Below are positions 24,614 through 32,000 of a stretch of 32,000 bases of DNA, in pieces. Position 1 is the stretch's first letter. Each line of letters starts with the position of its first letter. The DNA comes from Rhodobacter capsulatus SB 1003 (GTDB lineage: Bacteria > Pseudomonadota > Alphaproteobacteria > Rhodobacterales > Rhodobacteraceae), in assembly GCF_000021865.1 (NCBI RefSeq), contig NC_014034.1, positions 660,001-692,000 of the forward strand, read 5' to 3'. Under the pieces are notes generated by a model. That model was not told the origin of the DNA. It saw nothing but the letters and a program-made list of their open reading frames with translations, and ran no database searches. The position numbers were made by a program, and so were the translations under genes.

Positions 24614-26245
24614 TCATTGCGTCAGGGCCAAGGCCAGAAGCGCGCCCTGATCCATGTCGGGACGCAGCTTGTATTGTGCAAGATCGCGCCAGAACTGATC
24701 CAGACCGACCACCAGCGCCTGTTCTTCCGACAGCAGAAGCGACTCGCGCAGCTCGCGATAGGCGGCGCGGGAATCGGCCTCGGTGATGTCGACGGCCAGC
24801 GTGCTCAGGGCGCGCGACATCGACAACAGGAATTCGTGCTGCCGGGCCCGGGTCGCGCGCAGCCGCGTGCCCAGCGTCTCGATCTGCACCTGCCGCTGCG
24901 GATCCGGTGCGATCGCCTGCAGATCGATCAGGGTCTTGACGTTGTAGACAAGCCGCCCGATCTCGGCGTCGGTCTGGATCAGCGAGGCCTTGAAGATCGT
25001 GCCCGCCAGCAGCGTCGATCCGGCCGACTGCCGCCGGGCGGCGTTTTCGCTGTCGCGCGCCGCCCGCAGATCGGCCTGCAGCGCCACAAGCGCGGTGCGG
25101 CGCTGCGGGTCCAGCTCGTTCTCGATGATCTCCGCCAGCGCCCCGGCCTGATCCCGCGCCGCCGCCCCGCCTTGCCCGCCGCCGCCTTCCCCCTCGGTCG
25201 CCCGCGCCACCCAGTGATCGCGCAGCCGCGTCAGTTCCGCATCCGAGGTGGCGACATGCATCGACAGCACCAGCCGCAGCCCGAAAGTCTCGGGCGCGGT
25301 GGCCTTGCCGGTCTGGGCCTGAAACGGCGGATATTCGGTGCGCGCGGCGGAATAGATCTGCTCGGCGCTCGACAGGACCGAGCCGCCGCGCGTCACCAGC
25401 CCGCCCACCTGTCCCTGATCGCGGCCGAAGATGTTGACATGAAAGGGTTCCAGCATCAGCTCTTCGACATTGCCATAGACGTCGAAAAGCCCGAGCGGAT
25501 TGGGCCGCCGCAGCCCGACCGGGCCGATCGTGCCGCGCGCCGAGCCGGGGGCGAAATGAAAAGCGTAATCGCCCAGCGCGCCTTCGGCGAAAAAGCGCAG
25601 CGCGGCGAACTGGTTCGCATCGACCCGTGCGCCGCCGCGGGCGGCAAATTCCCATTCCGTCTCGGTCGGCAGGCGCAGATGCGGCAGCGCGCCATCCTGC
25701 CGGGGCAGGGCCGCGGCGGCATGTCCGTAAAGCCATTCCGTGTAGCGCCCGGCCAGATCGACCGCGGCAAGCCAGCTCAGCCCGCCCTGCGCCAGCCGGT
25801 CCTTGCGCCCGGCCTTGCCGCAGGGCCGGGTCAGGGCGTTGAACTGCCCCTCGGTCAGCTCGTAGCGGGCGATGAAATAATGCGTGCTGGCCGGGGTCGT
25901 GCCGGAAAAGCCGCCGCGCAGCCAGGTCTGGCGCAGATATTCCGCATAGCCCTTTTCCGGGTCCGACCGGCCCAGCCGGATCCGCAGATCCGACAGCGGA
26001 TCGCCCGCATCCGAGGGCACGTCGACGCGCTGGAACGCCATCGCCCCGCCGCAGGGCATCGGTAGCACCAGATCGGCCGGGCTGCCGCCGGGCGTCGCCG
26101 CGCCGGGGTCGTAAAGCGCGACCGGCCAGTCGATCGCCGGACCCTCGGGCGCGGGCCCCCCGGGCGCCGGGTCGGCGCCGCCCGGCTGCGGCGCGGCCAG
26201 ACCCGCAAGCGCCAGCGCAAAAGCCGAAAGGGGCACCAACCGCAT
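24614..26245 (-). CDS. Secreted FGE-sulfatase (SUMF1/formylglycine-generating-enzyme fold) domain protein with a ~200-aa C-terminal helical domain
   Basis: Signal peptide MRLVPLSAFALALAGLAA. Family motifs: RLPTETEWEFAARGG, NPLGLFDVYGNVEELM and TRGGSVLSS (equivalent to RGGSW). The FGE-like region is about residues 60-330 (25256-26068). The tail is predicted helical (Leu/Arg/Gln/Ala-rich). Confidence 0.8.
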   Translation of the reverse strand: MRLVPLSAFALALAGLAAPQPGGADPAPGGPAPEGPAIDWPVALYDPGAATPGGSPADLVLPMPCGGAMAFQRVDVPSDAGDPLSDLRIRLGRSDPEKGYAEYLRQTWLRGGFSGTTPASTHYFIARYELTEGQFNALTRPCGKAGRKDRLAQGGLSWLAAVDLAGRYTEWLYGHAAAALPRQDGALPHLRLPTETEWEFAARGGARVDANQFAALRFFAEGALGDYAFHFAPGSARGTIGPVGLRRPNPLGLFDVYGNVEELMLEPFHVNIFGRDQGQVGGLVTRGGSVLSSAEQIYSAARTEYPPFQAQTGKATAPETFGLRLVLSMHVATSDAELTRLRDHWVARATEGEGGGGQGGAAARDQAGALAEIIENELDPQRRTALVALQADLRAARDSENAARRQSAGSTLLAGTIFKASLIQTDAEIGRLVYNVKTLIDLQAIAPDPQRQVQIETLGTRLRATRARQHEFLLSMSRALSTLAVDITEADSRAAYRELRESLLLSEEQALVVGLDQFWRDLAQYKLRPDMDQGALLALALTQ

Positions 26246-26248
26246 CGT

Positions 26249-27448
26249 TCAGGTTCCTTCCCGCAGGGTCCGGGCCGGATCGACCCGCTGTGCCGCCCAG
26301 GCCGACAGCGTCGCCGACACCAGCACCAGACCCAGGATCGCCAGGATGATCGCCCCGCCCTGCGCCGGGCTGATCCGGGCGATGCTGCCCTCGGCTTCCA
26401 GCCCCGCGCCGAACATCCGCGTGGCGATCCGGGCGGCCAGCGCATAAAGCAGGAAGGACACCGCGATCCCGATCAGCGCCGTCGCCAGCGCCTGCACCAG
26501 CGGCAGCAGCGCCAGCGCCCGGGCGGGCAGACCAAGCATCGCCAGCGCGGCCAGCGTGCCCCGCTTGCGCATCGCATCCGACCAGAAGCCGAACAGCAGC
26601 GCCGCCGCCAGCCCGCAGCAGGCCAGCGCCGTGGTCAGCCCCAGCGCCAGATCCAGATTGCGCCCCAGCCCGAGCAGCATCGCCACGTCACGGCTGCGCG
26701 CCGAGGTGGCCAGCCCCAGCGCCGTCTCGACCCGTTGCTGCAGCGGCCCCAGATCCTCCAGCCGGCGCGCATAGATCCGCACCCCCGCATAGGTCGCGAC
26801 CCGGTCCGCCAGCGGCCGCCCCTCGGTGATACCGTGCTCGGGCAGGGCATAGGCGTCATAGAAGGCCTCGACCGTCTCCAGCGTGGCAAAGGGCGCAAGC
26901 ACGCTGCGCCCCGCGCTCACCGTCTCGGGCAGCACCGCCCGCACCGTCATCGGCAGGCGCAGCTGCTTCGGGCGGGTCTCGGCCTGGGTCACCAGATCGA
27001 CCGTGTCGCCGGTCGCGATCTGCATCTGCTGCGCCAGCCCCGCCGAGACCGCAACCTCGGCAGGGCCCAGCACCAGCCCCGGCGGCAGGTTCGGATCCCC
27101 CGCGCCCGAGGGGATCAGCAAGGCCTCGCGCAGCGAGACCCCGGGCCCGGCGTGATGCACGGTCACATAATCGAACTGGCTGCGGACCTTCGGGGTCACG
27201 AAGGCGACCTCGGGCCAGGCGCGCAGCGGCGCGATCCGGGCCTCGGTCAGCTCGGCATTGCCCTGGCTGTCGATCTGCAGGCTGGCGGGATCGGCCATCA
27301 TCCGGCCGATCAGCGTGGAATAGACACCGTTCTTCACCCCGAACAGGATCAGGAGCGGCACCAGAACCCCCACCATCACCGCGACATTGCACAGCAAAAA
27401 CAGCCGGTCGCGGAACAGGTCGCGCAGCGCCAGAGAGACGATCAGCAT
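26249..27448 (-). CDS. FtsX/MacB-type ABC transporter permease (4 TM with a large periplasmic domain)
   Basis: TM1 (LFLLCNVAVMVGVLVPLLILFGV), then a ~210-aa extracytoplasmic domain, then three C-terminal TMs in an FtsX-domain arrangement. The start overlaps the ATPase stop by 7 nt (ATGCTGA). Confidence 0.8.
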   Translation of the reverse strand: MLIVSLALRDLFRDRLFLLCNVAVMVGVLVPLLILFGVKNGVYSTLIGRMMADPASLQIDSQGNAELTEARIAPLRAWPEVAFVTPKVRSQFDYVTVHHAGPGVSLREALLIPSGAGDPNLPPGLVLGPAEVAVSAGLAQQMQIATGDTVDLVTQAETRPKQLRLPMTVRAVLPETVSAGRSVLAPFATLETVEAFYDAYALPEHGITEGRPLADRVATYAGVRIYARRLEDLGPLQQRVETALGLATSARSRDVAMLLGLGRNLDLALGLTTALACCGLAAALLFGFWSDAMRKRGTLAALAMLGLPARALALLPLVQALATALIGIAVSFLLYALAARIATRMFGAGLEAEGSIARISPAQGGAIILAILGLVLVSATLSAWAAQRVDPARTLREGT

Positions 27449-28182
27449 CGGACCTCCCGCGCTTCGGACCGCACCAGCCCCGGACGCAGCTCGCGGGCGA
27501 CGAATTCCAGCCGCCGCGGGCCCAGCCCCTCGATCCGCGCCAGATCATGCGACGACAGCACCACCCCCGCGCCGTCCTCGCGCGCGGTGTCGAGCAGCAA
27601 CCGCATCACCGCATCGGCCGCCGCGGGATCGAGCGCCGCCGTCGGCTCGTCGGCGATCACGAAGGCCGGGCGATGCGCCAGCGCCCGCGCGATCGAGACC
27701 CGCTGCCGCTGCCCGATCGACAGCGCCGAGGGCGGCAGATCGGCCAGCGCGTTCAGCCCGAGCCGGTCGAGCAGCGCCGCGACCCGGGCCGGATCGCGGC
27801 GCCCGCTGATCCTTTGCGTCAGCGCCACATTGGCCCGGACCGACAGGAACGGCACCAGCGCCCCCGCCTGCGGCACGAAGCCGAACAGCGCGCCGCGCAT
27901 CCGCGCAAGCCCGGTGCCGCGCGCGCCAAAGCGCCACAGCCGCGCCAGATCGGTCCGCCGCCGGTCCGGCGCGGTCCAATGATATCCGGCCGGGGGCTCT
28001 GGCGCCCGCAGAAGGCTCAGCAGTTCCAGAAACAGGGTCTTGCCGGTGCCGCTGGCGCCGGTGACGCAAAGCACCTCGCCCGACACCAGCTCCAGCGCCG
28101 CGACGCGCAGCGTGAAGCTGCGCTCCCCCTTCGACAGGGTCGTCGCGAGCTGGTCGATCCCGAGCACGCCGCCTGTCCTCAT
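27442..28182 (-). CDS. ABC transporter ATP-binding protein (MacB/LolD/FtsE-like)
   Basis: Walker A GASGTGKT, signature LSIGQRQRVSIARAL, Walker B FVIADEPTAALD, H-loop LSSHD. ATG 28182 lies 1 nt after the vWA gene stop. The ORF-track start at 28437 would overlap that gene. Confidence 0.85.
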   Translation of the reverse strand: MRTGGVLGIDQLATTLSKGERSFTLRVAALELVSGEVLCVTGASGTGKTLFLELLSLLRAPEPPAGYHWTAPDRRRTDLARLWRFGARGTGLARMRGALFGFVPQAGALVPFLSVRANVALTQRISGRRDPARVAALLDRLGLNALADLPPSALSIGQRQRVSIARALAHRPAFVIADEPTAALDPAAADAVMRLLLDTAREDGAGVVLSSHDLARIEGLGPRRLEFVARELRPGLVRSEAREVRC

Positions 28183-28183
28183 C

Positions 28184-30100
28184 TCAGGGCAGGACGTCGA
28201 AGGGCATGGCAAAGACATATTCCCCGTCCGGCGCCCCCGGCTCCAGCGGCGTCCAGACCGTCGGATCCAGCAGCCATTTGCGATATTGCACGATCTTGCG
28301 GTGCAGCCCGTCGAGGATCTCGCGCCGCTGCACCGCGCTTTGCGCCCAGATCGTGCGGTCGATCGACAGAAGCTGGCTGCGATAGGGCAGATCCTCCAGA
28401 AATTCCAGCGCGCCGCCCAGCGATCCGGCCTCGGCATCGATCAGCCGGTCCGGGTTTTGGGCCATCCGCGCGATCACCGACTGGATCTGGTCGAAAAAGG
28501 CGTCGGTCTCCTCGGCGCTGCGGTTCTGCTCGCCTGCGGTGCCGATCTCGGTCAGCAACTCCGCCATCGTCGCCATCTCGTTCTTGCTGACCAGAAGCCG
28601 CGGTTCGACCGCCAGCCGACGCGGATCCTCGACGGCCTTTTCCGACATCCAGCCGCGCAGCACGTCGGGCGGCGCCACCCCGGGCTGCCCGCCCAGCCAG
28701 GCCAGCTGCATCGCCAGACCCAGTTCGGCGATCCGCGCATCGCCCCCCGCCTCGGGCGGCAGGGCGGGTTGCTGCCCCATCGCGGTGCGGATCGTGTCGG
28801 TCAGCGCCACCACCATGCGCTCGACCGTGGCGGCAAAGACCGCCTCGTCGCCATTTTCGATCGGATAGTAGAAATCCCGGCCGCCAAAGCCCGAGAGCTG
28901 GCGATAGGCCGCCTCGGCATAGCCGTGCTGCGCCGTGCCCCCGGCGGGGGTGCGCAGATGCAGCGTCAGCACCGCGATTCCATGCGCCTCGGCATCGGCG
29001 CGCAATTCCGCCGGGCCGATCTGCGAGCGGGCATCGGGGTCGTCCTGCGCATCGGGCCCGGCATCGGTGATCAGGATCACGTAGCGCCCCTCGAACGGAT
29101 CGGCGCCGCCGCCGGTCCAGTCGATCGTGCCGACCGCATCCTCGACCCCGGCCATGCTGTCCTCGTTGAAGCCGGGGGTCGAGACCGTCGCCACCTCGGC
29201 CGCGGCATCGAGCGCCGCCAGCACCTCGGCCTGATCCGCCCGCCGCGCCAGCGGGGCCAGCGTGCGGGTGCGGTAGCCGATCCCGGCCGGATCGCTGGCG
29301 GGGTTGTCGCGAAAGCCGATCACCCCGAACTGCACCCGCGCGCCCAGATCGGTGGCACGCAGCGACTGCACGATCCGCGCCACCGCGGCGCGGGTGCTGT
29401 TGATATAGGGCCGCATCGAGCGGGTGGTGTCGATGACGAAGACCACCCCGGCATCAAAGGGCGAGGGCGGCGCGGCCGCGGGCGGCGATGGCGCCCGCTG
29501 CGGGATCGAGGCCAGTTCCAGCAGCAGGTCGGGTTCATAGGTCAAGGGATGCAGGATCTCCTCGAAGGAGAGGATCGGCATCAGATAAAGCTTTTCGCGG
29601 ATGTTGATGAATTCGGCCGGTTCCACCGACACCACCTTTTGCGCCGGATCGACATGGCCGCTGTCGCTTTGCGCCACCAGATCGGCCAGCCGGGCGCGGA
29701 CATCCTCGTCCTGCATCAGGGCTTCCAGCGTCGCGCGGTCTTCCAGCATCACCTGACGGCTGCGTCCGGCGGCATTGGTGAAGGCGGCGGTGATGTTCTG
29801 CTTCCACTCCACCACCGACCCGGCCCTGACCCAGCCGGTCGGCCCGGCCGAAGCCGAGGTGCCGACGCGCAGCCACTCCGCCTGGCGTTCATAGACGTAA
29901 AACGGGTGAAAGGCCGCCTCGGTCTTCAGAACCGCGCCGTCGGGGGCGGCAAGGACCTGCGTTCCGGGCCGGGTCAGCACCCGCTGGAACGTCGCCTGCT
30001 TGCCCTCCATCAGCAGCGGACGGGCCTGCAGCTCCGCCCCGGCCAATCCGAGGGCAAGCCCGAGCGCGATCAGCGCGGTCCTAGCGGCAAAAGTCATCAA
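28184..30100 (-). CDS. Secreted von Willebrand factor type A (vWA) domain protein with a MIDAS motif, flanked by N-terminal beta-rich and C-terminal helical regions
   Basis: Signal peptide MMTFAARTALIALGLALGLAGA. MIDAS: VVFVIDTTRSM (D-x-T-x-S, codons at 29417-29431), with a later VILITDAGPD strand. An SH3-like segment (WLRVGTSASAGPTGWVRAGSVVEW) lies near the N-terminus. Confidence 0.8.
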   Translation of the reverse strand: MMTFAARTALIALGLALGLAGAELQARPLLMEGKQATFQRVLTRPGTQVLAAPDGAVLKTEAAFHPFYVYERQAEWLRVGTSASAGPTGWVRAGSVVEWKQNITAAFTNAAGRSRQVMLEDRATLEALMQDEDVRARLADLVAQSDSGHVDPAQKVVSVEPAEFINIREKLYLMPILSFEEILHPLTYEPDLLLELASIPQRAPSPPAAAPPSPFDAGVVFVIDTTRSMRPYINSTRAAVARIVQSLRATDLGARVQFGVIGFRDNPASDPAGIGYRTRTLAPLARRADQAEVLAALDAAAEVATVSTPGFNEDSMAGVEDAVGTIDWTGGGADPFEGRYVILITDAGPDAQDDPDARSQIGPAELRADAEAHGIAVLTLHLRTPAGGTAQHGYAEAAYRQLSGFGGRDFYYPIENGDEAVFAATVERMVVALTDTIRTAMGQQPALPPEAGGDARIAELGLAMQLAWLGGQPGVAPPDVLRGWMSEKAVEDPRRLAVEPRLLVSKNEMATMAELLTEIGTAGEQNRSAEETDAFFDQIQSVIARMAQNPDRLIDAEAGSLGGALEFLEDLPYRSQLLSIDRTIWAQSAVQRREILDGLHRKIVQYRKWLLDPTVWTPLEPGAPDGEYVFAMPFDVLP

Positions 30101-31193
30101 GCGCCCCCCGTGACAAGGTATCTTCCGCCGCGCGCAGCCGCGCGCAGACCGCGGTCAACCGGCCCGCCGCCGCGGCCGAGCCCGCCGCCCGGGCCCGCGA
30201 ATAGTAATCGGCCGCCTGGGCGGGGGCATCGGCAAAGCTCAGCCCCAGTTGCGTTTCCACCGTCGGATCGGTGACGGCGGCGTCGTAAAGCGTGCCGAAC
30301 AGCAACAGCGCCTCGGCATCGCCCGCCTGCGCCGCGGTCTCGACGAAGATCAGCATCTGGTCGCGCCCCACCCGCTGGCCGCAGGCCCCGGCGGCGCGGG
30401 TGATCGCGGTGATGCCGCCCAGCGCGCCCAGCGCCTCGGGCGTGCAGGGATCGGCCTGCCCCGGCGTCGCGGCGGCCGGTTCCGGTGTCGGTGCAGGCGC
30501 CGGTTCCGGTGTCGGTCCGGGCGGCGTTTCCGGGGCTGGCGGGGGCTCCACCCCGGCCGAAAACGGCCATTGCTGCTGCAGGTATCGGGAATAACCAAGC
30601 CCGAGCAGCGCCGCCAAAACCACCAGCGCCAGCGCGAGCACCAGCCAGAGCCAGCGGCGGCGCCTCGGTTCGGGGGCCGCGATCCCGGCGCTGTCCTGCT
30701 CCGTCATCGGCGCGTCGGGCGGCAGCGGCGGCGGCGCGGTCACGCCCGCCTCGGCCTGCCGCAAGGCCGGTTCCGGCCCCTGTGCCGCGCCGGTCCTGCG
30801 CGCGACCTGCAGGCCGATGCGCTGCCGGGCCAGATCGAGCGGCTGGATGTCGTTCGGCCAGAACAGATGGCCCTCGACCGGGCCCGCGACGATCCTGACC
30901 TGGGTATAGCCCTCGATCTTGTTGACGATTTCCGGGCCGATGGCGATTTCGGCCGCGCCGTCGCGGCGCTGCACCCGGTAGGGGCCGAACAGGTGCCGCC
31001 CGGCCTGCCAGTTCGGCGCGCCAACGGAAATCCCCGCCGGGCCGTCCTGCGCCGAGGGCGCAAGCCAGCGTTCGGAATAGGTTTCGAACACCGAAACCGT
31101 CACCTCGTCGGGCAGCGCCGCGCCGTTTTCGACCCGAAGCAGCGCATGCCCGCCCGCGCCGTGGCCGGGATCGCGCTGAACCGTCAGCGTCAT
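30081..31193 (-). CDS. Bitopic membrane protein: ~180-aa cytoplasmic domain, one TM, Pro-rich linker, periplasmic Cys-containing Sel1/TPR-like domain
   Basis: ATG 31193 forms an ATGA overlap with the upstream ORF. RRRR precedes the TM (WLWLVLALALVVLAALLGLGY), consistent with positive-inside topology. Linker: PPPAPETPPGPTPEPAPAPTPEP. Sel1-like segment: AAQAGDAEALLLFGTLYD ... AQAADYYSRARAAGSAAA. Four Cys lie in the C-terminal domain. Confidence 0.7.
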   Translation of the reverse strand: MTLTVQRDPGHGAGGHALLRVENGAALPDEVTVSVFETYSERWLAPSAQDGPAGISVGAPNWQAGRHLFGPYRVQRRDGAAEIAIGPEIVNKIEGYTQVRIVAGPVEGHLFWPNDIQPLDLARQRIGLQVARRTGAAQGPEPALRQAEAGVTAPPPLPPDAPMTEQDSAGIAAPEPRRRRWLWLVLALALVVLAALLGLGYSRYLQQQWPFSAGVEPPPAPETPPGPTPEPAPAPTPEPAAATPGQADPCTPEALGALGGITAITRAAGACGQRVGRDQMLIFVETAAQAGDAEALLLFGTLYDAAVTDPTVETQLGLSFADAPAQAADYYSRARAAGSAAAAGRLTAVCARLRAAEDTLSRGALDDFCR

Positions 31194-31999
31194 CGCCGCC
31201 CCTCCCGATGCATGCCCTCGAGGATGGCGCCAAGACGCAGGTTCTGTTCGATGTCGATGTCGCCGCCCAGCCCGTCGCGCGCATTCGCATCCATCACCGC
31301 ATCCAGCGCGAAAGCCCAGTCCTCCCACATGTCGCTGGCGGTGGCGCGCGGCGTCGCGGGCAGCCCGGTCACATCATCCTGCCCGGGCCGCCGCGCAAAG
31401 GCGGGACGCGGCGGTCCGACCTCTGGCGTCACCGTCGGACGCGCCGTTTCGGGCAGCGCCGACATGCCCAGCGTGGCGACGAAATCATTGATCATTTCTG
31501 CCGTCAGCACCGCGGCCGTGGGCGCCAGCCGCTCCACCGTCAGGCCGAAATTCAGCTCCGAGAGCCGCTCCGCCATCCGCCCCGACAGCCCGGTCCGGCG
31601 CGCGGCATGGATCAGCTCCGCCACCAGATCGGCGATCGACTGCGGCCGCAGGCCATAGCCGGAGGCCCGCGCCGGATCGTCGCGAAAGGCCTTGATCCCC
31701 TCGATCCAGAGCAGGATCGACTGTTCCGCCTGAAATTCCTCCAGCGTCAGGGTGCGGACCTGCTCGCCGCCGCGTGCCGCCGCCTCCGGCGTGGCGGGCG
31801 CCGGGCCGCCGCCGGGCCGCGCCACCGTGGCGCCGCCCGGTCGCGCCGGGGCCGCCGGACGGACCGGCCCGGCCCCGGCCGAGCCGGTGCTGGCCGCCGC
31901 ACTCACCGCAGAGCCGATGCGGATCGAGCTGGGCACGCGCACGATGTTTTCGGCGATCGCATCCTGATCGACGCCCAGCGCCGAGAGCACCGCGCCGAA
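31190..31999 (-). CDS. Unknown protein, C-terminal ~270 aa; the frame is open to the window edge, so the N-terminus is probably missing
   Basis: The frame stays open through 31999 (FGAVLSALGV...); the GTG at 31990 is only the first start-like codon. It contains a Pro/Ala/Gly-rich linker followed by a ~190-aa domain with no motif I recognise. Confidence 0.6.
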   Translation of the reverse strand, partial: FGAVLSALGVDQDAIAENIVRVPSSIRIGSAVSAAASTGSAGAGPVRPAAPARPGGATVARPGGGPAPATPEAAARGGEQVRTLTLEEFQAEQSILLWIEGIKAFRDDPARASGYGLRPQSIADLVAELIHAARRTGLSGRMAERLSELNFGLTVERLAPTAAVLTAEMINDFVATLGMSALPETARPTVTPEVGPPRPAFARRPGQDDVTGLPATPRATASDMWEDWAFALDAVMDANARDGLGGDIDIEQNLRLGAILEGMHREGRR

Positions 32000-32000
32000 G

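Noticed and set aside
23717-30274. Long plus-strand ORFs (23717-26065, 26735-27982, 27547-28590, 28040-30274) across the minus-strand cluster.
   Set aside because: These are antisense artefacts. The minus-strand frames carry signal peptides, FGE, Walker, FtsX and MIDAS motifs and have tightly coupled starts and stops.
17169-32000. Calling the cluster an anti-phage defence system or a horizontally acquired island, because vWA and FGE-fold domains occur in some conflict systems.
   Set aside because: No nuclease, NTPase sensor, toxin, integrase, transposase, tRNA or flanking direct repeats are visible. Most components are predicted to be periplasmic. Base composition looks like the rest of the window apart from one short AT-richer patch. 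The idea is not excluded, but this sequence does not support it.

Overview
Very GC-rich bacterial chromosomal window (roughly two-thirds G+C by eye). Gene content and codon style fit an alphaproteobacterium, possibly Rhodobacterales-like, but that is inference only. No rRNA, tRNA, CRISPR array, transposase or integrase was recognised.

Plus-strand half (1-17172): the 3' end of an RND efflux pump; a yhiI-rbbA-yhhJ-type exporter (HlyD adaptor, fused double-ATPase/ABC-2 protein, ABC-2 permease); a REC-GGDEF-EAL response regulator with a CHASE4-HAMP histidine kinase; a convergent moeA with a long structured leader; and an RpiR-type regulator followed by a polar amino acid ABC importer (binding protein, two permeases, ATPase) and translationally coupled enolase-superfamily (OSBS/NSAR-type) and GNAT-like genes.

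Minus-strand half (17169-32000): eight co-directional genes, the first six packed with overlapping or nearly abutting stops and starts. In order they are a 5'-truncated unknown ORF, a bitopic Sel1-like membrane protein, a secreted vWA/MIDAS protein, a MacB/LolD-like ABC ATPase, an FtsX-type permease, a secreted FGE-sulfatase (SUMF1) domain protein with a helical tail, a small secreted orphan, and a 2149-aa protein.

That last protein is the most unusual object in the window. It is an uninterrupted, perfectly phased array of 268 octapeptide units (24-nt period, consensus S-T-A-Q-I-A-A-L), organised into 17-unit (136 aa, 408 nt) super-repeats. I cannot match this cluster to any system I recognise, so I flag it as a candidate uncharacterised cell-envelope system. 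All functional calls come from motif recognition by eye; no database search was possible.
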